The notes under the pieces: model-generated
The model's input: only the letters and a program-made list of their open reading frames with translations
The model's database searches: none
What the model was told of the DNA's origin: nothing
In this document: positions 11,700 to 24,015 of the stretch, piece by piece
Layout: each line of letters begins with the position of its first letter
How positions within the stretch are numbered: position 1 is the stretch's first letter
Position numbers and translations under genes: made by a program
DNA from: Mustelus asterias
Taxonomy: Eukaryota
DNA: 64,000 nucleotides
Assembly (NCBI RefSeq): GCF_964213995.1
Contig: NC_135820.1
Span: 496,001-560,000, forward strand
Direction of reading: 5' to 3'

Positions 11700-14600
11700 G
11701 ATACATCGGAGCAAGGGTAAGGCTAGGGTGGTTGAGAGCACCCCAGTGGATTTGCCCCTGCACAACAAGTACTCCTGCTTGAGTACTGCTGGGGGGGACA
11801 GCCCGCCTGGGGGAAGCAGCAGTGGCCGTGTCTCCGCAGTGGAGTCCAGCCCTGTAACTCAGAGGGCTAAGGAAAAGAGGAGGAAGGCGGTATTAATCGG
11901 GGACTCGATGGTGAAGGGGACAGACAGGCGTTTCTGCGGAGGTAGGCGGGATTCTCGCATGGTGGTCTGCCTCCCTGGGGCCGGGATCCAGGATGTCGCT
12001 AGTCGCGTCCCGGAAATCCTGAGGTGGGAGGGAGAGGAGCCTGAGGTAGCGGTACATATTGGTACCGCTGATGTGGGTAGGAAGGGAGAAGGGGTCATGA
12101 AAAGGGAGTACAGGGAATTAGGGAGACAGCTGAGAAAGAGGAAAGCAAAGGTAGTAATCTCAGGATTACTGCCTGTGCCACGGGAAGGTGAGGGCAGGAA
12201 TGGAGTGAGGTGGAAGATGAATGTGTGGCTGAGGGACTGGTGCAGGGGGCAGGGATTCAGGTTCCTGGACCATTGGGACCTCTTTAGGGGCAGGGGTGAT
12301 CTGTATACAAAAAACGGGTGGAACTTGAATCACACGGGGACCAATATCCTGGCCGGTAGGTTGGCTAAGGTTACTGGGGAGAATTTAAACTAGATAGGTT
12401 GGGGGGAGGGGAGCTAGAAGAGTTGACTAGGATCAAGGAACTAATTGATGGGGTGGAGGATGCAGGGGTAAGGGGAATTACAAAATTAATGGTAGAGGAG
12501 AGGGTGCAAGTGAATGAAGGCGGTAATTTAGATAAGGGAGTAGAGGGAGAGGGTGTTCGCGACTCATCAAAGCGGGTCCAGATAAAAGCTGGAATAAGGA
12601 CACTTTGCCTGAATGCACGAAGCATTCGGAACAAGGTAAATGAGTTGATGGTGCAAATCAGCACGAGTGGGTACGATCTAGTGGCCATTACAGAAACGTG
12701 GCTGAAAGGTGACCAGGACTGGGAGATGAATATCCAGGGGTATCAGGCGTTTAGGAAGAATAGACAGGAAGGAAAAGGTGGTGGGGTCGCGCTATTAATA
12801 AGAGATAATATCAGGGTAGTACTGAGGGATGACATAGGCTCTGAGGAACAAAACGTGGAATCATTATGGGTAGAGATGAGGAATAGTAGAGGGAGAAAGA
12901 CACTAGTAGGTGTGGTATATAGGCCCCCAAATAATAATGTTGAGGTAGGGAGGGCTATAAACAAGCAGATAAGGGATGCGTGTAAAAACGGAACGGCAAT
13001 AATCATGGGGGACTTCAACATGCACATTGACTGGCAGACTCAAGTCGGTAAGGGTGGAATGGAGGAAGAGTTCTTAGAATGCTGTCGGGATAGTTTCCTT
13101 GAACAGCATGTTACGGAACCGACGAGGGAACGAGCTATTTTGGATCTGGTATTGTGTAACGAGGTAGGTAGAATTAAGGATCTTATTGTGAAGGACCCTC
13201 TTGGGTCTAGTGACCACAATATGGTCGAATTTCTGATTTAGATGGAAGAGGAGAAAGTTTGGTCCCAAACCAGTGTCCTCTGTTTGAACAGAGGGAAATA
13301 TGATAGGATTAGGGATGAATTGGCTAAGGTAGACTGGGAGAGCAGGCTGGCAGGTAGGATAGCTGAGGAACAGTGGAGGATTTTTAAGGAGATCCTTTTC
13401 AGTTCTCAGCAAAAATATATTCCAGCAAAAAACAAGGATTGTAAGAAAAGGGAGAACCAGCCGTGGATAACGAAGGAAATAAAGGAGAGTATTAAAATAA
13501 AAACAGCTGCGTACAGAGTGGCCAAAAATAGTGGAGAAACAAGTGATTGGGAAAAATTTAAGAAACAACAAAGAGAGACTAAGAAAGCGATAAAGAAAGG
13601 AAGGATAGACTATGAAGCTAGGCTAGCAATCAATATAAAAAATGATAGTAAAAGTTTTTATAAATATATAAAAAGGAATAGAGTGGCTAGAGTGAATGTT
13701 GGACCCTTGGAGGACGAGAGGGGGGAGTTAATAGTGGGAAATGAGGATATGGCTGAGTCTTTAAATAAGTTTTTTGTGTCGGTCTTCACGGTGGAGGACA
13801 CAAATAGTTTGCCAAATATTAACGATAGAGGGTTGGCAGCAGGAGAAATACTTAATACAATTAATGTTACCAGAGAGGCAGTGCTGGGTAGACTAATGGG
13901 ACTGAAGGTGGATAAGTCCCCGGGTCCGGATGGAATGCATCCCAGGGTATTGAAAGAAATGTCAGAGGTAATAGTGGATGCGTTAGTGATTATTTATCAA
14001 AACTCGTTGCATTCTGGGGTAGTGCCGGTTGATTGGAAAACGGCTAATGTTACGCCGCTGTTTAAAAAAGGAAGGAGACAAAAGGCGGGTAACTATAGGC
14101 CGGTCAGCTTAACGTCTGTAGTAGGGAAAATGCTGGAATCCATTATTAAAGAGGAGATAGCAGGGCATCTGGATAGAAATGGTTCGATCAATCAGACGCA
14201 GCATGGATTCATGAGGGGAAAGTCGTGCTTGACGAACATGTTGGATTTTTATGAAGATGTGACTAGGGCGGTTGATGGAGGAGAACCGGTGGATGCGGTG
14301 TTTTTGGATTTCCAAAAGGCGTTTGATAAGGTGCCCCATAAAAGGCTGCTGAAGAAGATTAGGGCACACGGAGTTGGGGGTAGTGTGTTAAAGTGGATTG
14401 GGGACTGGCTATCCGACAGGAAGCAAAGAGTCGGAATAAATGGGTGTTTTTCCGGTTGGAGGAAGGTAACTAGTGGCGTGCCGCAGGGATCGGTACTCGG
14501 GCCGCAACTATTTACCATTTATATAGATGATCTGGAGGAGGGGACGGAGTGTAGGGTAACGAAGTTTGCAGACGACACAAAGATAAATGGAAAAGTGAAT

Positions 14601-15503
14601 CGTGTGGAGGACGGAGAAGATCTGCAGAGAGATTTGGACAGGCTGAGTGAGTGGGCGAGGATATGGCAAATGGAGTATAACGTTGAGAAATGCGAGGTTA
14701 TACACTTTGGAGGAAATAAGAACAAATGGGATTACTATCTCAATGGAAACAAATTAAAACATGCTACCGTGCAAAGGGACCTGGGGGTCCTTGTGCATGA
14801 GACGCAAAAGCCCAGTCTGCAGGTACAACAGGTGATCAAGAAGGCAAATGGGATGTTGGCCTATATTGCGAGGGGGATAGAATATAAAAGCAGGGATGTC
14901 TTGATGCACCTGTACAGGGCATTGGTGAGGCCGCAGCTGGAATACTGTGTGCAGTATTGGTCCCCTTATATGAGGAAGGATATATTGGCATTGGAGGGAG
15001 TGCAGAGAAGGTTCACCAGGTTGATACCGGAGATGAGGGGTTTGGATTATGAGGAGAGGCTGAGGAGATTGGGTTTGTACTCGTTGGAGTTTAGAAGGAT
15101 GAGGGGGGATCTTATGGAGACTTATAAGATAATGCGGGGGCTGGATAGGGTGGAGGCGGAGAGGTTCTTTCCACTTAGTAAGGAAGTTAAAACTAGAGGA
15201 CACAGCCTCAAAATAAAGGGGGGTCGGTTTAAGACAGAGTTGAGGAGGAACTTCTTCTCCCAGAGGGTGGTGAATCTCTGGAATTCTCTGCCCACTGAGG
15301 TGGTGGAGGCTACCTCGCTGAATATGTTTAAAGCGCGGATGGATGGATTCCTGATCGGTAAGGGAATTAAGGGTTATGGGGATCAGGCGGGTAAGTGGTA
15401 CTGATCCACGTCAGATCAGCCATGATCTTATTGAATGGCGGGGCAGGCTCGAGGGGCTAGATGGCCTACTCCTGCTCCTATTTCTTATGTTCTTATGTTC
15501 TTA
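11700..15503 (+). mobile_element. Near full-length CR1 LINE: ORF1 SGNH-esterase part (11728-12393) and ORF2 EN+RT (12399-15404) broken by a single TAG at 13239-13241
   Basis: GDSMVKG/HIGT/FLDHW in ORF1; CLNARSI, GDFN, SDH, FADDTK in ORF2; (TTCTTATG)n tail. Confidence 0.97.
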
Positions 15504-15547
15504 TCATTCTGAAAGTGTAGTGCAGTAATTAATGTCTGTTTTTACAG

Positions 15548-15644
15548 ATAGAGACACCTGTAAATGGACAGTAGGATTGCTCACGGCTGGAATCATGTTC
15601 GGTATTTGCCTGGCTGGAATCTTCATCTTTGTGTATGTGAGAAA
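15548..15644 (+). CDS. Siglec-like transmembrane exon (HRDTCKWTVGLLTAGIMFGICLAGIFIFVYVRK)
   Basis: TTTACAG| acceptor, AA|GTAAAT donor, 97 bp, phase 1-2; same size as and homologous to 43721-43817. Confidence 0.85.
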
Positions 15645-16129
15645 GTAAATGAGAAAATTTCAATTGATTTTAAATTAAATATTTACTTCAACGCTCATTC
15701 CTTAATTCAGTGACCGTTTCTCTTGGGATCACCAGAAGACACCTCTCCTGCAAGTGGCCCCCGTGTCCCGATAACCAGAGTGCATCTTGCTTGTCCTTGG
15801 TTGTCATGTACCCAGGTAAATGATAACGAGACCCAGAGATTCCTCACTCTGCACGATTACTCCTGGATTGTATCAGATCACTTTGTGATTCCACACAACC
15901 AGAGTGACTACACCCCAATAAACGGTTCATTCATCAGGAACCACTTTGCAAGGTTCTGAGACTCGAATAAATAATTGCACGTTTGTGTGTGTGTGTGCCT
16001 CTCTCTGATTTAGATTCACTGGGATGATATCAGAACCGAGTGTTTATAACATCAGGGAAGATTGAACAGGATGTGTAGCCTGTTAATTGAATTAATTGGA
16101 TAATTTCTCTGAAGAGCTGGTACAGTGAT

Positions 16130-16695
16130 CATAGAGTCATAGAGGTTTACAGCATAGAAACAAGCCTTTCGGCCCCACCTGTCAACGGCGCCCTTTTTTT
16201 AACGACTAAGCTAGTCCTAATTGCCCGCTTTTGGCCCATATCCTTCGATAGCCATCCTACCCATGTAACTGTCTAAACGTTTTTTAAAAGACAAAATTGT
16301 ACCCGCCTCTACTACTACCTCTGGCAGCTTGTTCCAGACACTCACCACCCACTCTGTGAAAAAATTGCCCCTCTGGACCCTTTTGTATCTCTCCCCTCTC
16401 ACCTTAAACCTATGCCCTCTAGTTTTAGACTCCCCTACCTTTGGGAAAAGATATTGACTATCTAGCTGATCTATGCCCCTCATTATTTCACAGATCGCTA
16501 TAAGATCACTCCTAAGCCTCCTCCCCTCCAGAGAAAAAAGTCCCAGTCTATCCACCCTCTCCTTATAACTCAAACAATCAAGTCTTGGTAGCATCCTAGT
16601 AAATCCTAGTAAATCTTTACTGCACTCTGTCTAGTTTAATAATATCCTTTCTTTAATAGGGTGACCAGAACTGTACACATTATTCCAAATGTGGA
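16130..16695 (-). mobile_element. CR1 LINE 3' fragment
   Basis: LGLFSLEGRRLR...TRGHRFKVRG...WNKLP; ATAGAGTC tail. Confidence 0.9.
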
Positions 16696-17404
16696 AACCA
16701 CGGAGGTTCCTTTGACAGGGTGTATATGCGGTGGACGGGCAGTAAATGCATTGCAGGACAACAAATGAGCATGTCCTTTGTGCCAGGTGCCCCCAGTCCT
16801 GCTGTGTGAACACATCATAACCGAGAGATTGACTCTGCGTGCAGCCAACATGGTCGAATAGTAATGAACAGAAACATAGAGCCACTGAGCTTTGTTATTA
16901 GATCTGAATGAGCTTTCTGAAAGCTGCACCTTGTTCATCCTGTGATAGATTGCAGACATTTTTATATTTAACATCTTACTCTGGGGAAAACTTGCTGCTC
17001 CAAACCATTAATTCATGTTATTACATTTTCCCACCAAATTCTGTAAATTCCAGTGTCCACAATGAAGGTGAAAATTTCCCATGTGAACATGACGCCCGGT
17101 AGTTATACTCTCCTAACAGAGGTGGTGCTGTAGCCTCCCCATTGTCCTTCTCGGAGACTGCAGGATATCTCCCAATTGTTCTTTGTGATATCATTGATGT
17201 ACAGGGAATGGGGGCAATCTTCACGCTGTGGTTATGATGTTGTTAATACAGAGAGTTGGTGAAACCTCCCCTCCTCCCCAGAATTGATGGCAGGGTTAGT
17301 TCTGACTGTGAGGCTCCTACATTCATCTCATAATGCCTCTTCTTTTGATCATCCCTGCTCTAAGTTATCATTTTTAGACAAGACCATCGATAGAGCAATA
17401 CTGG

Positions 17405-18230
17405 CCCTCTGACAGTGCGGCACTCCCTCAGCACTGACCCTCTGACAGTGCAGCACTCCCTCAGTACTGACCCTCTGACAGTGCGGCACTCCCTCAGCAC
17501 TGACCCTCTGACAGTGCGGCACTCCCTCAGTACTGACCCTCTGACAGTGCAGCACTCCCTCAGTAATGACCCTCTGACAGTGCGGCACTCCCTCAGTACT
17601 GACCCTCTGACAGTGCGGCACTCCCTCAGCACTGACCCTCTGACAGTGCGGCACTCCCTCAGTACTGACCCTCTGACAGTGCAGCACTCCCTCAGTACTG
17701 ACCCTCTGACAGTGCGGCACTCCCTCAGTACTGACCCTCTGACAGTGCGGCACTCCCTCAGCACTGACCCTCTGACAGTGCGGCACTCCCTCAGTACTGA
17801 CCCTCTGACAGTGCGGCACTCCCTCAGTACTGACCCTCTGACAGTGCGGCACTCCCTCAGCACTGACCCTCTGACAGTGCGGCACTCCCTCAGCACTGAC
17901 CCTCTTACAATGCGGCACTCCCACAGTACTGACCCTCTGACAGTGCGGCATTCCCTCAGTACTGACCCTCTTACAATGCGGCACTCCCACAGTACTGACC
18001 CTCTGACAGTGCGGCATTCCCTCAGTACTGACCCTCTTACAATGCGGCACTCCCACAGTACTGACCCTCTGACAGTGCGGCATTCCCTCAGTACTGACCC
18101 TCTGACAGTGCGGCACTCCCTCAGTACTGACCCTCTGACAGTGCGGCACTCCCACAGTACTGACCCTCTTAGAGTGCAGTGTTCCCTCATTTTGACCCTC
18201 ATACAATCCAGCGCTGCTTCAGTACTGACC
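17405..18230 (+). repeat. 33-bp minisatellite, ~24 copies
   Basis: Same unit as 7300-7615; a variant CTCTTACAATGCGGCACTCCCACAG recurs every second unit at ~17900-18070. Confidence 0.97.
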
Positions 18231-19524
18231 CTTCAGAATTTCCCACGAAGACAACACAACAGCTCCTAGAATAGACAGGCCGTTCAGCGTCACACTTCCT
18301 GCCAATTTTCACCATGCTAGAAACTCAAAAAAGGTGCAAGATAACTGAAAAAGGGGAAGGAACACAAAGCAGCCAGTGTATAAATGTGTGAAATAATTCG
18401 ACTTCTGATAGTACTCGCTGACCTGCTGCAAAGTTTAAATTTCACAGGAAATCTGAACTTTGCAGCTCAGAAGGAGGCGATTGATTCACTGCCTGAAAGG
18501 GTGCGGGAAGCAGATTCAATAGGAACTCCCAAAATGCCAATATTATAAGCAGATAAATTGGCAGGGCTGTAGGGTGTTGCGGGCTTTGATGTGAGTGTTT
18601 CAATTGATTACAACTTTATCCTTCAAGTAACCAGACCAGGCCATGGAGTTCTCTCGAAGAGCTGTTTCATGCAAGCAAGATAGCAAGGTCCCCAGAAAGT
18701 CATAGGCCGGTAACGAGCCTCAGCACAGCATTCAGGAATACACAAGCAGTTATATTTTCAAATTTGCTTACAAGTAATTAGCATATACCAATCAAAGTAT
18801 AGGAATTATCTCTATCCACTCAGAGTTATTTAAGATTACATCATGCACATGGTGCATATATTAAAACCAATGCCAATCACCTCATGCTTGCTTAATTATA
18901 ATATCCAGTCAGCATGAAGGTTTAATCATGTTCGCTGACCTAATTCATCATTGTTAGAAGTTAACATTGATGTCCCAGTTTGTGCTGCATCTGTGAATGT
19001 CACTGCCTTCTTCCAGTTCCAAATGTCTAAGTTAATTCATTCCCTCAGACAAAAGGCCTTGGTGCTAATCTGTGAAGTCTTTTATGAAGATTTTTTTTTT
19101 CTCTTGACAGCTGATGTGATTGTTAAACTTGTGTGATTATTAACTCTTTTAGGGGGAAAGAGCAGGGGAGAAAGTAGAGACAAATTGTATAGATCTTTCA
19201 ATGTGCCAGCATAGGAAAAATGGGCTGAATGGCCTCCTTCTGTGCTGCATCATTCTATAATCTGATGAGGTAAGATCTTATGAGCAACTCTTCAGATTCC
19301 TGCTGAACTCAGAAGAACCTTGAAAGTGTCACCCAGCATTCCCTTCGATCCTTCCTTCAGCATCTGCCCAGCTCGCTCGTTTGAAGCTGGATGAAAAGTT
19401 GCAGTACGTGCATGGCATATTCCACACTCTGCATAAACTCTTGAAATAAATCACTTGTAAATGTTGCCCCAATATCTGAAACAAGTGAATCTGGTAAGCC
19501 ATGACTTGCAAAAACTTGGCACGG

Positions 19525-19995
19525 GAGAGTGGCACAGTGGTGAGCACTGCTGCCTCACAGTGCCAGGGACCCGGGTTCGATGCACGGTGGCACAGTGGTT
19601 GGCACTGCTGCATCAATGCCAGGGACCCGGGTTCGATTCCCGGCAGCACGGTGGTTAGCACTGCTGCCTCACAGTGCCAGGGACCCGGGTTCAATGCATG
19701 GTGGCACAGTGGTTAGCACTGCTGCCTCATGGCGCCAGGGACCCAGGTTCGATTCCCAGCTTGGGTCACTGTCTGTGCGGAGTCTGCACATTCTCCCTGT
19801 GCATGCGTGGGGTTCTTCCGGGTGCTCCTGTTTCCTCCCATAGTCCAAAAGACATGCTGGTTAGGTGCTTTGGTCATGCTGACTTCTCCCTCAGTGTACC
19901 TGAACAGGCACCGGAGTGTGGCGACTAGGGGATTTTCACAGTAACTTCATTGCAGTGTTAATTTAGCCTACTTGTGACACTAATAAATAAGCTTA
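19525..19995 (+). mobile_element. V-SINE with four tandem tRNA-derived heads and the alternative tail
   Basis: GTGGT(T/G)(A/G)GCACTGCTGC...CCAGGGACCC.GGTTC x4, V-domain, tail CATTGCAGTGTTAAT..CTACTTGTGACACTAATAAATA. Confidence 0.9.
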
Positions 19996-19999
19996 AAAA

Positions 20000-22080
20000 A
20001 AAAACTATGGCACTGGGAGCTGTAATGTTGCTCAAGATGTGTACTTCTTACCACTTCGAATGCGTGCCCATGATAACTAAAAACATGTGGCCCATAAAAG
20101 GTCCTGCAAAACCCACATGAAGACTCGACCAAGGGTGATCAGGCCACTCCCAAAGATATAGTGGTGCTGGTTCCACCAGCCTCTGGTTAAACTGACATGC
20201 AGAACAGGATTTCACTTTGTTCTCCAAATTTTGATCCACATTAGACCACCAAACATACGAAATTGCCAGACTTTTCATTCGGGAGACACCTGGGTTCTAG
20301 TTATGGACTAGGGCGGCACGGTAGCACAGTGGTTAGCACTGCTGCTTCACAGCTCCAGGGACCTGGGTTCGAATCCTGGCTCGGGTCGCTGTCTGTGTGG
20401 AGGCTGCACATTCTCCCTGTGTCTGCGTGGGTTTCCTCCGAGTGCTCTGGTTTCCTCCCACAGTCCAAAGATGTGCGGGCTAGGTTGACTGGCCATTCTA
20501 AATTGCCCCTTAGTGTCCCGGGATGCATAGGTTAGAGGGGTTAGTGGGTAAATATGTTGGGATATGTGGATAGGGCCTGGGTGGGATTGTGGTTGGTGCG
20601 GACTCGATGGGCCGAATGGCCTTTTTCTGCACTGTAGGATTCTATGATTCTATGACTTCATCCACAACTTGCAAACAACCTGAGGGTGGAACTATTACTC
20701 GAGACCCCCAAAGAATGCAAGCATCACGCACATTTAGTTCATCTTTCCCCTTTACGTATGGTCTCAGCTCATCTCCCTCTACAACCATTGGCCATCCCTC
20801 CATCAGTAATTTCTTCACCTGAGACAAGATAGGATGTCTACCCACTGTTTAATTTCCTTAGCACTCACTGGAGAATGTGAAAGTCTCTCAAGTAAGGAAA
20901 TTGCCTCCGGAGGGAATAACATGTCAGGTAAAGGAAGATGACTCAATGCATCTGTATTTCCATTGTCCTTCCTCACCCTGTACACAATGTTATACTGGTG
21001 GGCTGACAATGTGAGAACCCAGCGCTGTATTCTCACCGAAGAAGGATGCATTAAGATTCACTGAAAACTCTTATCAATGGCTTGTGGTCGGTACAGAGAG
21101 TTTCACAGCAAAAACAGCTAGAAACATAAAACATAGAAAATAGGAGGAGTCGGCCATTCAACCCTTCGAGTCTTTTCCGCCATTTAGTATGATCATGGCT
21201 GATCATCCAATTCAATAACCTGTTCCCCTTTTCCCCTCAAATTCTTTGATTCCCTTCACCTCAAGAGCTATATCCAACTACTTCTTGAAAATATTCAATG
21301 TTTTGGCCTCAACTACTTTCCGTGGTAACAAATTCCACAGGCTAACCACTTTCTGGGTGTAATAAGTCTTCGGAGACAGAAGGCCCTTCACCAAAATCCC
21401 TTTATTTACAACTCCAACAGCAATACACAAGAGTGCTATCAGTCAGCAATCTACCTTTGGGAGTGCCAGAGGAACTGACAGTCCTGGTTAAATACAAGGA
21501 ACAGACTCCCTGATTGGCCCACCAATTGACTCCTTAATATTCCAATAGGCCAACCTCAATGGCCTGATTGAAGTCATTACACTGGGTAAAGAAATTTCTC
21601 CTCACCTCTGTCCTAAACCATTTACCCTGTATCCTCAGAATGTGACCCCTGGTTCTGGAATCCCCCACCATCAAGAACACCCTTCTTGCATCTACACTGT
21701 CTAGCCCTGTTAGAATTTTATTGGTTTCTATGAGAAGCCCCCTCTTATTCTTCTGAACGCCAGCTAATACAATCCTAACCGACTCAATCTCTCCTCATAT
21801 GTCAGGCCCACCATCCCAGGAATCAGTCTGGTAAACCTTCTCTGCACTACCTCTGGAGCAGAACATCCTTCCTCAGATAAGGCTAGACCTTCCTTGTCTA
21901 ACTGTGAATATCCCTTCTTAGCGGAGGTGACACAAACCAATGGGTTTTTCTGATCCGTCCTCCACCATATGAGAGAGCTGTGCCCCAAAACCATAAGGCA
22001 AGGCATCACACAACAGGGTGAGATCCCTGTCTTGATCAAAGCGAACCAGCAGATTAGCTGATCATAGCAGCACCTTTACA
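20000..22080 (-). mobile_element. Decayed Gypsy pol (RNase H/integrase) interrupted by an HE1 SINE (20311-20654) and a CR1 fragment (~21120-21880)
   Basis: SYVWW...VKSCSACQ, WEWPDHPWSSLHVGFAGPF, ILWGSRVIVP, RIQRWVLTL, YSQLDKEGLA. Confidence 0.9.
21358..21581. mobile_element. 224-bp solo LTR
   Basis: TGTAAT...ATTACA termini; 5-bp TSD CTGGG at 21353-21357 and 21582-21586; TTTATT poly(A) signal on the minus strand. Confidence 0.85.
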
Positions 22081-22134
22081 CGTTAAAAACAGAGTCTGTT
22101 CTATCAGACGTTTCTCACCCGGAAAATACAACGT

Positions 22135-22956
22135 TCACATTGAAACACTGTACTGTACACGTGCAGCTCTGTGTAATCCCAGCTGCAATAACCTGCAATA
22201 TAAAATACACCAGCAAATATAAAATAAATACTGTATAAATTCAGAATCGGTAACACTCACCAGTCTCTGTTCTTCTCAGGCAGTTCCTCGGGATCGAGGG
22301 TGACTTGTTTCCACTCCTGTTGGATGGATTCCGGGATAGCTGCTTCAGTCCAATGCATCATCTGCAGACTCTGTCCCGTGGGGGGGGCAGGAGGTGTTTG
22401 GAGGATCAAAGCGGTTGGGAGCGTTTGTTTGCCCTCTCTCCTGAATTTGCACGTTCCTTGGGGCGGCACGGTGGCGCTGCTGCCTCACAGCGCCAGGGAC
22501 CCGGGTTCGATTCCCAGCTAGGGTCACTGTCTGTGCGGAGTCTGCACATTCTCCCTGTGTCTGCGTGGGTTTCCTCCGGGTCCTCCGGTTTCCTCCCACA
22601 GTCCAAAGACATGCTGGTTAGGTGCATTGGCCATGATAAATTCTCCCTCAGTGTACCCGAACTGGTGCCGGAGTGTGGCGATCAGGGGATTTTCAGTCAC
22701 ATCATTGCAGTGTTAATGTAAGCCTACTTGTTATTAATAAATAAACTCCTTGCTCTACACTCGGTGACTTCCGGCTGAAACTGCTCCCGTTTTGGTCACT
22801 CAGCTGGAGTCTGCCGGAATGCTTCGAGGACATCCACAAGACGTTTCGATGGAAGTGGCTTTGAGAGATTGGCGCCTCAATGCTGAGCTTGTTAAACTGT
22901 GTGGAAGATGGCATCTCTGCCCCACCGCAAAAAGGGTCAGTCACGGGCTGTAACAT
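22135..22956 (-). pseudogene. Unknown ~155-aa spliced ORF interrupted by a V-SINE
   Basis: Removing SINE 22461-22746 plus one TCCTTG copy joins ...SPSVEQG|TCKFRREG... in frame; GT-AG 68-bp intron 22260-22193; stop at 22137-22135. Confidence 0.45.
22461..22746 (+). mobile_element. V-SINE (alternative tail) with TSD TCCTTG
   Basis: GGGCGGCACGGTGG head, V-domain, AATAAATAAAC end; TSD at 22455-22460 and 22747-22752. Confidence 0.95.
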
Positions 22957-23299
22957 TGGTCAGAGTCACCCAAACACGCCCTGAGACAAGGTGAGCAGTT
23001 TGACCTGTACCTGAGCTAATGTCCTCTGAACTTTGCCCCTTGAACGGTGAACACTCCCCCCACTCCCAGCTCCCCTCCCTTTGGTCACTGGAGGTGAGTG
23101 CCCTCAGCGAGGCCAGGCCATGACCACTGGACGCTGCCCACCCGTTGGTCAACATCTGGGCAGCCTCCAGTACATTGATAATTGACAAAAGGACATGAAG
23201 GGACATGTTTGCCTTTTTTGTGGGGTTGGGTTGAGCCCAGTCAGGGTTTGGCTCAGGAAATTCCAGTTGCAATCGGTGCCAGTGGAGATTCCGGGAGGG

Positions 23300-24015
23300 T
23301 TGGCAACCAGTTTGGGCGGGAACGGTCGATCGTCCCTGCAGTTCGGCCCTGGAGTGCGCACGCGCGGGCAACCAACCGCCAACGGCTGTCCCGCGAGACG
23401 CTGGCGCGTGAGACGCGCATGCATTGTGTGCCGCTACCCGGCAGCAGGCACGTGCGTGCCTGTCTTTTTTCAGCGGGGTGGGAGGAACAAATCGGCTGGT
23501 GGGCGGGTCAAAGGCACGACCACTCCGCTGCGGGGGGGGGGGGGGGGGGAGGGAAGGGGCAGGACACGCCCTCTTGGGCGCCGATAAACGCCCCCCCCAA
23601 GATCGAAACATAAATCAACGCACTCAGTCAGACCCCGCCCCTCACGACCAAGCCCCGCCCCCGTCGCTGACCCCCACACATCACACAATGGCCGGGGAGG
23701 GGCCGGGCTTGAGGGGGCGGGGCCTAGTGAAAGTGGCGTGACTTGACATGTTGGGCGGTGCTTATGAAAACAGGTGTTGTGTCCTCAACGCCGCTATTGC
23801 TGATTATCCTCCCGCCCCGAGGCGCCTCGCGCCGGCCAGCGGCACCTCCACGCATGCGCGCCAGCCTCCTGCGCCTCGCGCGGCGGCGGTTGGTGGTGCT
23901 CGCACGTGCAGCCAAGCCGAGCTTTCCCGCCCAGCCGGGTTTCCAACGCTCCCGGGTTTTCCAACGGCGCCAATGGAGTTTCCTCAGCGGACCCCGCCTG
24001 GGAAGAAAGTTGCCC
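23300..24015. promoter_or_regulatory. CpG-rich island with GC boxes, NRF1-like and E-box motifs (candidate promoter)
   Basis: Dense CpG; CCCCGCCC at ~23633 and ~23653, GGGGCGGGG at ~23714; CGCATGCGC at ~23851; CACGTG at ~23449 and ~23903. Confidence 0.5.

Noticed and set aside
15736-15815. Possible phase 2-1 cytoplasmic exon after the plus-strand TM (and a candidate at ~43377-43443 on the minus strand)
   Set aside because: Weak acceptors, no clear homology between paralogs, and not needed for frame continuity
17349-18269. Long Cys/His-rich repetitive ORFs (VPHCQRVSTEG)n
   Set aside because: The 33-bp unit is open in several frames on both strands; minisatellite artefact with no splice support
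18575-19149. Possible ERV solo LTR between TAGGG repeats
   Set aside because: Starts TGTTG but lacks a matching CA end; cannot be supported without a database search
20311-20380. tRNA genes
   Set aside because: tRNA-derived SINE heads followed by V-domain; no full cloverleaf
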